DNA from: Nitrospirota bacterium
GTDB taxonomy: Bacteria; Nitrospirota; UBA9217
Direction of reading: 5' to 3'
NCBI GenBank assembly: GCA_963840455.1
Contig: CAWIYV010000011.1
Location: forward strand, 448,001-512,000
Length of the DNA stretch: 64,000 bases
In this document: one piece after another, positions 1 to 9,545 of the stretch
Layout: the number at the start of each line of letters is the position of its first letter
Numbering within the stretch: the first letter of the stretch is position 1
Program-made: the position numbers and the translations under genes
Notes under the pieces: generated by a model
What the model saw: the letters and a program-made list of their open reading frames with translations, nothing else
Told to the model about the DNA's origin: nothing
Databases searched by the model: none

Positions 1-1456
1 GCTCCACGTCAATGCTGACGAGCTCGACACGTACGCGGTGGCCCACGTCCAGGCCGATCAGACCGCTCGCCAGCCGTCCCTCGATGGGCGGATGGAAGAG
101 CCTGACCCACGTCCCCTTGTCCGCTGCGCCTGTCACGATGGCGTCGAACTGCTCGCCGATCCGGTGCTCCAGGAGCATCGCTGCCGCGGATTTCCTGACC
201 TGCCGCTCAACCTTCTTGGCCGCATCCTCTTTTTCAGTGCAATGCTTTGCGAGCGCTGAAAGCTCTTCATTGGTGTAGGGCAGCGTCCTGCCTGACAGCG
301 CCGACTTCAGCAGCCGCTGGGTGAGAAGGTCCGGAAAGCGCCGGTTCGGAGCGGTCGAATGGGAATAGTCCCTGACCGCGAGTCCGAAGTGGCCGCTCGT
401 TGCACCGCCCGGCACCTCGACAGCGTACTCGCCCGCGCCAAGGAGCTTGATGACCGAGAGGGAAAGGTCAGGGAACCGGAGCGGGTCCCGTTCCCGCGCT
501 TTCGCAAGAAAAGCCTCCAACGCCCGCGCATCGGGCGCTTCCGGCAACGTGTGGCCTTGGTCTGCGGCGAGCTCCCGGATCCGGTCCCACCGCTGCGGCG
601 TGCGCACCACACGCCGGAAGGACGGCAGACCCTTTGCCGCGAGGAAACGGGCGGTCACGCCGTTCGCCGCGATCATCAGGTCCTCGATGATGTCCTTGGC
701 CCGGTTCTTCCTTTCCGCCTCGAGGTCCCGCAACGAACCGTCGTCGAACACGATGCGCGCCTCAATGGTCTCGAGGGTCAACGCCCCGTGCTCGTGCCGG
801 AGCTTCTTGAGCTGCTGCGCAACGCCGTCCTGCAACCGGAGGTTCGCCTCGAGGCCGGGGACCGCGCTGACCTCCGCCGGCATCGGACCGCTGCCCTCCA
901 GCCAGGCGGCAACGCTGTTGTAAGCGAGCTTCGCCTTGTTCCGGACCAGCGCCCGGTTCACATCGGACCGCAGCAGCGATCCGTCGCTGCCCAGGGCCAT
1001 CTCAACGACCATGGCGAAGCGGTCCGAGGCGAAGTTGAGCGACGTAAGATCCGTGGAGAGCTTCTCGGGCAGCATGGAAAATATCCTGGCTGCCGTGTAG
1101 ACCGATGTGGTGTTCTGGCGCGCGTGCTCGTCGATGGCTGAGCCCTTGGTGACCAATGCGTCGACATCGGCCACGGCGACCAGGACCTTCACGCTGCCGT
1201 CGGGCATTGCCTCGGCGACGGACAACTGGTCCAGGTCGCGTGAGTCGTCGTTGTCGATGGAGCACCACAGGAGGCCTCGGAGGTCGCGGACGCTGTCATC
1301 CGCCGCCGTTGCGGGCCCTTTCAGTCCGTCGAGCTCGGACAGCGCGCCGGGGGAGAAATCGGGGAGCAGGCCCCGCTCGAGCATGGCCCTGCGGGCGATC
1401 TTCGCCAGGATGGCGCGGTGCTGCCTGTCGTGGCTATCATGGGAAATATCGTTCAT
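1..1456 (-). CDS. RNB domain-containing ribonuclease (RNase II/R family), 3' end outside window
   Basis: Manual translation from ATG at 1456: MNDISHDSHDRQHRAILAKIARRAMLERGLL...SIDNDDSRDLDQLSVA...VAVADVD...NTTSVYT, the RNB catalytic DxxxxxDxD motif; later HFTAPNRRFPD. Absent from the ORF track because it runs off the window. Confidence 0.9.
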   Translation of the reverse strand, partial: MNDISHDSHDRQHRAILAKIARRAMLERGLLPDFSPGALSELDGLKGPATAADDSVRDLRGLLWCSIDNDDSRDLDQLSVAEAMPDGSVKVLVAVADVDALVTKGSAIDEHARQNTTSVYTAARIFSMLPEKLSTDLTSLNFASDRFAMVVEMALGSDGSLLRSDVNRALVRNKAKLAYNSVAAWLEGSGPMPAEVSAVPGLEANLRLQDGVAQQLKKLRHEHGALTLETIEARIVFDDGSLRDLEAERKNRAKDIIEDLMIAANGVTARFLAAKGLPSFRRVVRTPQRWDRIRELAADQGHTLPEAPDARALEAFLAKARERDPLRFPDLSLSVIKLLGAGEYAVEVPGGATSGHFGLAVRDYSHSTAPNRRFPDLLTQRLLKSALSGRTLPYTNEELSALAKHCTEKEDAAKKVERQVRKSAAAMLLEHRIGEQFDAIVTGAADKGTWVRLFHPPIEGRLASGLIGLDVGHRVRVELVSIDVE

Positions 1457-1516
1457 GGGGATGGGACTACTATAAAGGAAGACGAGATTTCCTGCAAGGG
1501 GGTCAAATGCAGCCGG

Positions 1517-2047
1517 TCACTGCGGGCAGCCGCGCGCTCGTTCCCCCAGTGCCGCGATGACCCGCGCGCAGACCGCTTCATGGGTAAGCCCGCCACAGTC
1601 GATCGTAATGTCGGCGTACTTCCGGTACAGGGGCGTCCGCTCATCGTAAAGGTCGCGGAAGCTCTGGTCCGGCCGCTTCGCGAGGCCCCGCGTGTCGATG
1701 TCCCGCACGCGCTCTTCCAGTGTTGCCAGGCCTACGTCGAGGAACACGACCGTGCCGTGCCGCTTCAGGTGCGCCATGGCAGCCGGGCTGTAGACCGCGC
1801 TGCCGCCTGTGGCGATGATGCAGCCCATGCAGCCGTGTCCGACAATGACCTGTTCTTCGATGGCGCGCAGGGCCAGGTGGCCGTCCTTGTCGACGATCTC
1901 CTGGAGCGGCCTCCCCTCCTGCGACTGGATCAGCACGTCGGTGTCGATGAAGCTCCGGCAGGTCAGCTTGGCCAGAAGGACGCCGACCGTGCTTTTGCCT
2001 GCGCCGGGCATGCCGATCAGGACGATAGAAGAGGAGGATGCGGTCAT
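1517..2047 (-). CDS. aroK: Shikimate kinase
   Basis: IVLIGMPGAGKST P-loop, DTD, ATGGSAV, RTPLY motifs; start trimmed to MTASSSS. Confidence 0.9.
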   Translation of the reverse strand: MTASSSSIVLIGMPGAGKSTVGVLLAKLTCRSFIDTDVLIQSQEGRPLQEIVDKDGHLALRAIEEQVIVGHGCMGCIIATGGSAVYSPAAMAHLKRHGTVVFLDVGLATLEERVRDIDTRGLAKRPDQSFRDLYDERTPLYRKYADITIDCGGLTHEAVCARVIAALGERARGCPQ

Positions 2048-2116
2048 GTACGCTTCCTCGTGCCGGCCCGGAGCACCTTGTCTGCTTTCAGTTCGACCGG
2101 CATGACGCACCTTCTG

Positions 2117-2656
2117 TCAGATAAAGAGTTGGACCCTGCTTGTAGTTGCTTCCGCCAGGAACGCCGCGACGCCGCATTGACTCATGTGCGGGTAGTCGAT
2201 CAGCTCCTCGCGCTTGAATCCCATGAGACCCATGGACATCTCGCAGACGCAGATCTCGACGCCCATCTGGCCGGCAAGGGTCAGCATCTCGCTGAGAGAA
2301 GCAACCTTTTTCTGTTTCATGAGCGTCTTCATCATAGCGGTCCCCATGCCGCCCATGTTCATTTTGGAGAGCTTCACCTTGGACGCTCCCTTCGGCAGCA
2401 TGAAGCCGAACATCTTCGACATCAGGTTCTTCCCTTCCACGCTCTTCCGGGCATCACGCAGCGCCGCTGTTCCCCAGAAGGTGAAGAAGAGTCTGGCCTT
2501 CATGCCCATGGCCACCGCCCCGGTCGAGAGGATCAGCGCCGCCAGCAGCTTGTCGAGATCACCGGAAAAAACAATGAGCGATATCTTGTTTTCCACCGGC
2601 AGGTTCACTCCTGCAGCATGCCGGGGCTGTTCCTTGGCCGCCTGTTCCGTCTCCAT
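2117..2656 (-). CDS. DsrE/DsrF/DrsH-like family protein
   Basis: SLIVFSGDLDK...LFFTFWG...SKMNMGGMG...CEMSMGLMG...GVAAFL; GAGGGA RBS upstream of ATG 2656. Confidence 0.85.
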   Translation of the reverse strand: METEQAAKEQPRHAAGVNLPVENKISLIVFSGDLDKLLAALILSTGAVAMGMKARLFFTFWGTAALRDARKSVEGKNLMSKMFGFMLPKGASKVKLSKMNMGGMGTAMMKTLMKQKKVASLSEMLTLAGQMGVEICVCEMSMGLMGFKREELIDYPHMSQCGVAAFLAEATTSRVQLFI

Positions 2657-2685
2657 GGCCGTTCCCTCCTTGTGTGATGACTCCA

Positions 2686-2892
2686 TCATTCCTTCTCAAG
2701 CGTGTCCGTCGCGCGCTTGTACTGTTCCAGGGCCGCAACCAGCAGTTCCAGCGCCGGCAGGATCATCGTGCGCTTGTCATCGGGAATGTGCTCCAGGACC
2801 TGGTCATACACGCCCGCCTGCTCTTCGATGATCGCCTGCCGGATTTCCTGGCCACGCTCCGTAAGCTCGATGAGCGCTCGCCACCCATACAG
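2686..2892 (-). pseudogene. 3' remnant of a MarR-family regulator (no start codon)
   Basis: Open frame ...RALIELTERGQEIRQAIIEEQAGVYDQVLEHIPDDKRTMILPALELLVAALEQYKRATDTLEKE* matches the MarR wing plus C-terminal helices (LTxxG); N-terminal HTH missing. Confidence 0.6.
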
Positions 2893-3378
2893 CTAACCAC
2901 AGCATTTCTTGAACTTCTTCCCGCTGCCGCAGGGACAGGGACCGTTGCGGCCGGCCTTGGGTTCCTGGCGCACAACCGGCCGCGGCGGCAGTGCCTTTCC
3001 TGTCACGAAGTACCAGATGCCGCCGGTCTTCTGGAACGAGGACAGCTCGCGGTACTCCTGCCGGACCCCGTTCTCCGTGTAGGAGACCACGAACTCGACC
3101 GTGCCGTCCTTGTCGTCGGGTCCGCCCTTCACGGTACGCAGGATCCCGATGCCATGCCACTCCGCACGTTCTGCCCAGGCGCGGCTGCTCGCCTCATCGT
3201 AATCGGCGCGGTGTCCGGGATGCAGGGACTCGCGGAGCCATGCGAGCTCCTTCTTGACATAGGCGGTATACCGCGAACGCATGACCTGCTCTGCCCTGTC
3301 GGCTCGCTGTTCGCCGGCAATCACGGGGTGGCAGCATTCAGCATAGGGACGTTTTGAACCGCAGGGACAGATATTCAT
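2893..3378 (-). CDS. YchJ family protein with SEC-C motifs
   Basis: MNICPCGS...YAECC...MRSRYTAY...WYFVTG...[19 protein letters not shown]; AAGGAG RBS. Confidence 0.9.
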   Translation of the reverse strand: MNICPCGSKRPYAECCHPVIAGEQRADRAEQVMRSRYTAYVKKELAWLRESLHPGHRADYDEASSRAWAERAEWHGIGILRTVKGGPDDKDGTVEFVVSYTENGVRQEYRELSSFQKTGGIWYFVTGKALPPRPVVRQEPKAGRNGPCPCGSGKKFKKCCG

Positions 3379-3512
3379 GGAAGGCTCCTTGCAAGGATTA
3401 TCGGGGCGAGAAGAACTTACAATAAAGAGGGGCTCAATGCAAGGATTTTGCGGCATCGCACAGAAGGACGGGGAGGAGCGCGGACCGCGCCCCTCCCCGA
3501 AGAATGTTCCGA

Positions 3513-4142
3513 TCAGTGACCGTGTTCCGGCTCTTCTTCGTAGCCCGTAAACATGGCCTTGATGTGCTCGAGCGGTGTGCGGCCGAGCGTGGTGAGGTAG
3601 ATATGGACGAAGAGGAAGGCCGCGAAGCAGATGGCCACGAGCAGGTGCGTGGTACTGACCGCCTTGATCCCCCCGATGACGTCGATGAACGCTGCGAACC
3701 GGTCGATGTCCCACAGCAGGATGCCGGTGGCGATCAGCAGCGGCATCAGGAAGAACATGATGCTGAAATAGGCGAGCTGCTGCATGGGATTGAACTTGTG
3801 GTCCAGTGTCGCGTGGTGGGGGTTCGGCTCACCCCTGAAGATGCCGTAACCGTAGTACACCGCCTGCTTCCAGGCATTCTGGACGAAGCGTTTGATGTTC
3901 AGGTCCGGAATGTACACCTTCATGTTGCCCGAAGCCGTATAGTACGCGGCCCAGAAAAGAAAAAGCCCGATCAGGGAGAACCCGACGAAATTATGGACGT
4001 CCACGGCGGTCTGGAAAGACATCAGGTTCAGAATGCCGCGGTATCTGATCTGCACGCCTGTGATGATCAGCACGACAAAGCAGAGAACGTTGAGCCAGTG
4101 CCACATCCTGACCGGCAGCGTATGAAGATAGATCCTGTTCAT
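3513..4142 (-). CDS. Cytochrome b/b6 domain membrane protein (Ni/Fe-hydrogenase b-type / CbcB-like)
   Basis: [33 protein letters not shown] heme-b histidines in four TM helices. Confidence 0.9.
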   Translation of the reverse strand: MNRIYLHTLPVRMWHWLNVLCFVVLIITGVQIRYRGILNLMSFQTAVDVHNFVGFSLIGLFLFWAAYYTASGNMKVYIPDLNIKRFVQNAWKQAVYYGYGIFRGEPNPHHATLDHKFNPMQQLAYFSIMFFLMPLLIATGILLWDIDRFAAFIDVIGGIKAVSTTHLLVAICFAAFLFVHIYLTTLGRTPLEHIKAMFTGYEEEPEHGH

Positions 4143-5821
4143 GCTTTTCCCCTCCCTTCCGGCTTCTTTGTGCCCTTGCGCAGGCGCCTGGTCATGAACC
4201 GGGCAGTTCCATGCAGGACCGGGAACGCGATTCCCCCCAGGATGATCACGACCCCTGCGTAGTCCATGGCCGTCAGGCGGGTGCCGCTCATTACGTAAAA
4301 GCGCTTCAGCAGGATCACGCCGTACGCGGAGCCCAGTGCTTTTGGATCTACGTCATGCAGGACCTCCCGGCCGTCCGGACCGGCGGCAGCCACAGCCACG
4401 GTCTTAAAGAAGGAGGAATCCGCGGAATGGCATATGTCGCACCGTTTGACCGCAATGGCCTTCGGCGCCAGGTAATGGGCGTTCTTCCGGATATCCATGC
4501 TGACCGCCACTGCCACGTTCACGGCCTTTGCCGCGTTAAGGTCGCGGTAGAGCTGCCAGAGCTCCTTCGGCCCGATCTGTTTGGCGGTGACGCCGCGCGC
4601 CTTGAGGAGCGTCTGCACCTCGGCGTCATTCAAGAGCTTTCCTGTGGCAGCGTCGGTGAACCGCAGGTAGATGCTTCGCTTGTATTCGAGCGGCACATGG
4701 CACGCCGTGCAAGCAACCATTTCCAGGTGCGCCTTCGGGTTTGGCAGCCGCTGCCCGTGATCCTTCTCGAAGTTGGGATGGCAGGCGAGGCACATGTCCC
4801 GGGGTGAGCGCGAGGCCATCGCCGGCTTCACATCATGGGCGTTATGGCATTCCGCGCAGAGCGGCGGATGCGCCGTGGCGGTCGGCTTGGTCATGCCGTG
4901 GATGCTCGTACGGTAGGCATCATAGATGTCCACATGGCATTTCTTGCAGGGCACGCCTTCCTGGGTATCCGCCAGCGCACCGGGCCCGACCCGATGGGCT
5001 CCGTGGCAGTCCGAACAGCCCGGGGCCCGCTGGTCGCCCGCTGCGAGCAGGGCGGCATGGATGCTGTCCTTATGCTTGACCGCTTTCTCGAAATGGCAGC
5101 GCTCACAGGCCAACGACGCTGCGTGGGCGAGCTCGCGGCCGCTTGCAGAAGCCTTCGGTGGTGGATGACTCCCCTTCGAGTAGGCTGTGTGGCAGTCGGT
5201 GCACGCGTGCCCCCGGTGGACGGACCCTTTGATCCAAGCCTCGTCGATGGTCAGCGAGATCGTCTTGCCGTCGGTCGACCGCGTGAGCGGCTTGCTGTGG
5301 CAGGTGAGGCAGTACTGCGTATCGGTGCCTTTATCCTTGCGGGCGAGCGTCTTGACGATCGCGTGAGATCCGTGGCAGGTCGAACAAGGCTGCGCGTCAG
5401 CCCGGGAGATGGCGCGCTGGTGCACCGGGTTGGCCGTCAGCTGGCTGTCTGCATGGCACGTCCTGCAGGCCTTGACGACATGCAGCACGAACTGCTTCTT
5501 CGTGGCATACGTCGCCGAGGGATGATTATCGAGTTTCACGTCGGTATGGCAGCTGGTACAGCCGAGGGGGCCGTGCACCGAGCTTGCGAAGCCTTTGCCG
5601 TCAACCTGCACCGAGACCGTGGTCTTGTCGCTGAAGGTCTTCGTGCCAGGGCTAGCATGGCAGGTGAGGCAGGTCTCCGCTTCGTCGGAAAGCTTAGCAG
5701 GCGCTGACAGTGCGGCGCGTGGAACGAACAGGTACAGTATGAGAATGAGGATGAGCAGGACCGTTAACAGGTTGCCGGCTGCGTCCTTGCGGATTGCCGG
5801 CCCGCCGCTGGGAAAGAGCAT
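4139..5821 (-). CDS. Multiheme cytochrome c (13 CxxCH) with C-terminal membrane anchor
   Basis: 13 CxxCH motifs counted by hand; hydrophobic N-terminus; C-terminal TM with His (FPVLHG); ATGA overlap with the cytochrome b gene. Confidence 0.92.
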   Translation of the reverse strand: MLFPSGGPAIRKDAAGNLLTVLLILILILYLFVPRAALSAPAKLSDEAETCLTCHASPGTKTFSDKTTVSVQVDGKGFASSVHGPLGCTSCHTDVKLDNHPSATYATKKQFVLHVVKACRTCHADSQLTANPVHQRAISRADAQPCSTCHGSHAIVKTLARKDKGTDTQYCLTCHSKPLTRSTDGKTISLTIDEAWIKGSVHRGHACTDCHTAYSKGSHPPPKASASGRELAHAASLACERCHFEKAVKHKDSIHAALLAAGDQRAPGCSDCHGAHRVGPGALADTQEGVPCKKCHVDIYDAYRTSIHGMTKPTATAHPPLCAECHNAHDVKPAMASRSPRDMCLACHPNFEKDHGQRLPNPKAHLEMVACTACHVPLEYKRSIYLRFTDAATGKLLNDAEVQTLLKARGVTAKQIGPKELWQLYRDLNAAKAVNVAVAVSMDIRKNAHYLAPKAIAVKRCDICHSADSSFFKTVAVAAAGPDGREVLHDVDPKALGSAYGVILLKRFYVMSGTRLTAMDYAGVVIILGGIAFPVLHGTARFMTRRLRKGTKKPEGRGKA

Positions 5822-5956
5822 ACTCTCGACCCTCCTTTTCGGACAATGGGAACGTCAGACGCACAATAGTTTAAACATAGATGAAAATGCTGAAATGTCA
5901 AGGGCGGGGGAGGGAAAAGAGCGCAACAATATGCACCGTAGGGGATACAAGGCCGT

Positions 5957-6073
5957 TGAAGCTCCCTGCAGCAAGCTGCAGGGGATCTTCGATCCTCAAG
6001 GTAGTACTATTTTATTCTAATCGCTCGCTAACCCCGCAGCAAGCTACGGGGAATGCGCTCGCTCCTGGATTCA
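5957..6073 (+). mobile_element. Twin-hairpin repeat element A, copy 1 (full length)
   Basis: TGAAGCTCCCTGCAGCAAGCTGCAGGG...CGCTCGCTAACCCCGCAGCAAGCTACGGGGAATGCGCTCGCTCCTGGATTCA; near-identical copies elsewhere in window. Confidence 0.85.
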
Positions 6074-6480
6074 TGCCCCTGTCCTCGGTTTGATCAACGG
6101 GGCGTTGATGCTTTCTGCATCAAGTTGCAGGGAATGTACTTGCTCCTGGATGTATGGGACCAAGAATAGGAAGGGCCCCGAAGGCCGGGGTCAGGTTCCG
6201 CGATGCTTCGTACTTCAGAACAGCTCCCCTGCCTTGACAGGGAAGATCAGGCGGCCATGGCCTTTGTCCACCCGTGCGGCCTCGGGACAGGGGCCTCGGC
6301 CGAACCAGGTAACGGCCAATATACGGTCCGGGAGAACGCGGGAGAATAGGAACAGTGCCGCAAGCACGTGCAGCGAGACAAGCATGAAGGTCCTGGAGAA
6401 CCTGCACCTGCGAGGCTTGAAACCTCTGCGTCAGTCATGCTCCCTTCCCTGCCCTGCAAAGGCCTTTGCTCCGCGCCCGG

Positions 6481-7896
6481 TCACGGCGTCATGAACTCCC
6501 CGGCACGCCGGCAAGCCGCGGCTGCTGCTTCGATCAGCTTCTGTTCCGTATCGATCTTTCGGTCCGGCAGCCCCGCAACACCGATGCTCATCGTGACCTT
6601 CGTTGAATCGGCCCAGGTGAACGGGTGGATTGCCACGGCATCGAGGACCCGCGCGGCCGCCTGCACCGCGTCGTTCTTCATGGTGTTCGGAAGCAGGACC
6701 ATGAGCGCCTCGCCGGACCACCAGGCGGCAGTGTCTACCTCCCGGATCGTATGCTGTATGAGCTGTACGATCGCCTTGAGCATTGACTTATCCGCCTGCC
6801 GTCCCAGCTTCCCGCCTTCCAGGTCGATCATCATGCAGCTCATCTGCTGTTTGAAGCGCACCACGCGCTTGAACTCCTTTGAGAACATTGTTTCGAACTG
6901 CCGACGGCTGAACAGGCCCGTTTCGTGATCGACGACCTCGTCCCCCATGACCGGGTCGGGAGGCTTTGCGGCCGTCGTCTGTCCGGGCTGCTGGTCCGTC
7001 TTTGGCTCTACCTGCTGCAGCCCTGCAGGCTTCGGCTCCGCAGCCGGCGCAGGTCCCGGTTCCTGCTGAGGAACAACGGTCCGTTCGGGCGTCGGCTGCG
7101 CTATCTGCACCGCTGTCATAACCGGTTCCGGCTGCGGCACAGCAAGCTTCGGTTCCGCTGCAGGCGCAGGTCCCGATTCCTGCTGAGGAACAACGGTCCG
7201 CTCGGGCGTCGGCTGCGCTATCTGCACCGCTGTCATAACCGGTTCCGGCTGCGGCACAGCAAGCTTCGGTTCCGCTGGCGGCGCAGGTCCCGATTCCTGC
7301 TGAGGAACAACGGTCCGCTCGGGCGTCGGCTGCGCTATCTGCACCGCTGTCATAACCGGTTCCGGCTGCGGCACAGCAAGCTTCGGTTCCGCTGCCGGCA
7401 CAGGTCCCGGTTCCTGAGGAACAACGGTCCGCTCCGGCATCGGCTGCTTTGCCTGCCCCACTGTCATAACCGCTTGAGGTGGCAGCGCTGGTGCTGCCGA
7501 CACTTCCGGTTGCACCTCTACTGCCTGCTTCCTGAGCGTCACAGCGATCCTGGCATCGAGTTCGCCCTCGCTGTAGGGCTTGACAAGAAAGTCATCGGGC
7601 CCGCCGTTGTTGCCGTCTGATCGCACCGGCGTGTACCCGTTCCCGGCGAGCAGGATGATCGGCACGGACTGCATGGCCTCGCGCGCTCGGAACCGCCTGC
7701 AGAGATCGCTCCCTTCGATGTCGGGAAGCGCTACGTCGATCAGAATAAGGTCCACGGACTGCCGCTTGGCGGCGGCGAGCGCCGCCACACCGGACCCGGC
7801 CCAGACAACTGCATAGCCCGCACCTTCCAGGTGACGCTTGGTGCTGTTGCCATGGGTATGCGCATTCTGAGCCAGCAATATTGTTGCCTTGGTCAT
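6481..7896 (-). CDS. Response regulator: REC domain, Pro-rich repeat linker, degenerate GGDEF domain
   Basis: REC (LILIDVALPD...FLVKPY); C-terminal DHETGLFSRR...REVDTAAWWSGEAL...VTMSIGVA; start trimmed to MTKATILL. Confidence 0.85.
   Translation of the reverse strand: MTKATILLAQNAHTHGNSTKRHLEGAGYAVVWAGSGVAALAAAKRQSVDLILIDVALPDIEGSDLCRRFRAREAMQSVPIILLAGNGYTPVRSDGNNGGPDDFLVKPYSEGELDARIAVTLRKQAVEVQPEVSAAPALPPQAVMTVGQAKQPMPERTVVPQEPGPVPAAEPKLAVPQPEPVMTAVQIAQPTPERTVVPQQESGPAPPAEPKLAVPQPEPVMTAVQIAQPTPERTVVPQQESGPAPAAEPKLAVPQPEPVMTAVQIAQPTPERTVVPQQEPGPAPAAEPKPAGLQQVEPKTDQQPGQTTAAKPPDPVMGDEVVDHETGLFSRRQFETMFSKEFKRVVRFKQQMSCMMIDLEGGKLGRQADKSMLKAIVQLIQHTIREVDTAAWWSGEALMVLLPNTMKNDAVQAAARVLDAVAIHPFTWADSTKVTMSIGVAGLPDRKIDTEQKLIEAAAAACRRAGEFMTP
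7029..7472. repeat. Intragenic 120-bp (40-aa) tandem repeat, about 3.7 units
   Basis: Repeated EPKLAVPQPEPVMTAVQIAQPTPERTVVPQQESGPAPAA, nearly identical at DNA level. Confidence 0.95.
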
Positions 7897-8211
7897 TACA
7901 GGTTCACCTGTCCGGAGATCCGGTTGGTCAAGAAAGAAACATACTCTTCGAGGTGCAAAGGTACGGGCAGTGCGAACAGGGGGCAAGGATATCCGCACGT
8001 GTATGCAAAGTATTGCATATCTCGGTGCCGGGACGCAAGGGGTAATTTAGGGGCATGCTGATGACCGGATCGCAGGAGCAGGCGTACTCGTGTTCTACCA
8101 TTGATCGTTCGACGGAACTGCGGAGTATTCCTAGACAGGAGGCACGCGCTCGGTCATGCATCCGGAAAGAACCAGGGTGAGGGAATATGTTAGGACGGCC
8201 ACAGCTCTCAT

Positions 8212-8368
8212 TGAAGCTCCCTGCAGCAAGCTGCACGGAATCTTCGATCCTCAAGGAACTTTTATTATTCTAATCGCTCGCTAACCCCTGCACTCGCGGT
8301 TCCCCTCGTAAACGCTGGGGGCAAGACCCCGCAGCAATCTACGGGGAATGCGCTCGCTCCTGGATTCA
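8212..8368 (+). mobile_element. Repeat element A, copy 2 (with ~40-bp insertion before the second hairpin)
   Basis: Same termini and hairpins as copy 1 plus extra CCCCTGCACTCGCGG...GGGGGCAAGA. Confidence 0.85.
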
Positions 8369-8396
8369 ATCCTTCCCCGCCAGAGGGGGGGGCGGC

Positions 8397-9545
8397 TCAG
8401 GCCTGTTTTTTCCTCACCAGCTCGATGACCGTTACTTCCGGCGGCGCGAGGAAGCGGATGGGCGGGCCCCAGGTGCCGGTGCCTCGGCTCACGTAGATGA
8501 TCGACCCCTTGCCGAGGTCGTATCGACCTGCGTGGAGCGGGTGGGCGCGCTGACTGAAGTAGCTGAAAGGCCAGATCTGGCCTTTATGCGTGTGACCGGA
8601 GAGCATGAGGTCGTACATGCCGATGGCATCGGGGTCCGGATGAGGCTGGTGCTTCAGGAAGAGAACGAACTTCTTGGACCGGTCGGTCTTTGCCAAAGCA
8701 ACGCGGTCAGGCGCAGGCGTCCCTGTCTTCGTCTGGACGGCTGCACGGTCGTCAACGCCGGCGATCTGGATGACGCCCAGGTCCCTTGACTCGCCCCGCA
8801 GCATGGTGAAGCCCCGAGTGCTGGATGAACTCGATCGCCTTGTCAAGGCCAGCATAGTACTCGTGGTTCCCGGTGATGGCGAACTTGCCGTACCGCGGCA
8901 GGCATCTCCTGTAGAAGTTCGCGCAGGCCCGGCAAGTGGTTGATCTGCGCGTCCACCAGGTCGCCGGTAACGACGAAGATGTCCGGCTTGGCCGCTTTCA
9001 CTGTCTCGAGCATAGCAACCAGCCGGTCGCATCGCACGATGAGGCCGAGATGGACGTCCGATATCTGGGCGATCGTGAGCCTTGTCCGTGCCCTTCGGCA
9101 AGCGATCCGTCTCGAACACAAGCCGCTCGGTCCGGATGTTCTGAGCGTCAAAGTAGCCGTAGACGCAGATGAGGAGCGAGAGCGCGAGCGAAACAGCGAA
9201 AGTGAAGCGCGGCTGCAGGGGCCTGATGAACACACCCGGGATGCCGAGCCAGGCCGGGACCCGGAGGAGCAGGTTCGCGATATCGAAGGCGAGGGAGCCG
9301 CAGAAGTAGAGGAAGATCGCCGCCATCCAGAGGTAGGTGACCCACGAAAGGGTCCGGGCGGTGAGCTCGAAATCGTGGCGTTCGAGCGTGCGGATCAGGA
9401 AGATCGCACCGACCATGGCGAGCATGAACAGGGCGAGCAGGGCGCCCGCTGCCCATCCGAACCCGAGTGCCTGCCGGGCCTTCAGGAAGGCATACACATG
9501 CACGCCGCCATAGACAAAAAAGATGAAGAAAAAGAACAGGGTCAT
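8397..9545 (-). CDS. Membrane-anchored metallophosphoesterase (YkuE/YaeI-like), with three mutually compensating frameshifts at ~8.8-9.1 kb
   Basis: Motifs SDVHLG and TGDLVD lie in one alternate frame, GNHEYY in another, and SGHTHKGQ and SRGTGTWGPP in the main frame. Confidence 0.85.
   Translation of the reverse strand: MTLFFFFIFFVYGGVHVYAFLKARQALGFGWAAGALLALFMLAMVGAIFLIRTLERHDFELTARTLSWVTYLWMAAIFLYFCGSLAFDIANLLLRVPAWLGIPGVFIRPLQPRFTFAVSLALSLLICVYGYFDAQNIRTERLVFETDRLPKGTDKAHDRPDIGRPSRPHRAMRPAGCYARDSESGQAGHLRRYRRPGGRADQPLAGPARTSTGDACRGTASSPSPGTTSTMLALTRRSSSSSTRGFTMLRGESRDLGVIQIAGVDDRAAVQTKTGTPAPDRVALAKTDRSKKFVLFLKHQPHPDPDAIGMYDLMLSGHTHKGQIWPFSYFSQRAHPLHAGRYDLGKGSIIYVSRGTGTWGPPIRFLAPPEVTVIELVRKKQA

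Noticed and set aside
359-2677. Long plus-strand ORFs (359-1141, 1418-2677) and similar ones at 13921-15648, 26840-28246, 30153-31829(-), 49029-50471(-)
   Set aside because: Antisense shadows of well-supported genes in high-GC DNA; no recognisable motifs.
5595-6093. ORFs containing EAPCSKLQGIFDPQG / NRSLTPQQATGNALAPGF (also 19819-20013 and others)
   Set aside because: They are translations of repeat element A in variable frames without consistent starts.
7029-7472. 120-bp and 33-bp (62058-62321) tandem repeats as CRISPR or non-coding arrays
   Set aside because: Both are in-frame coding repeats without spacers.
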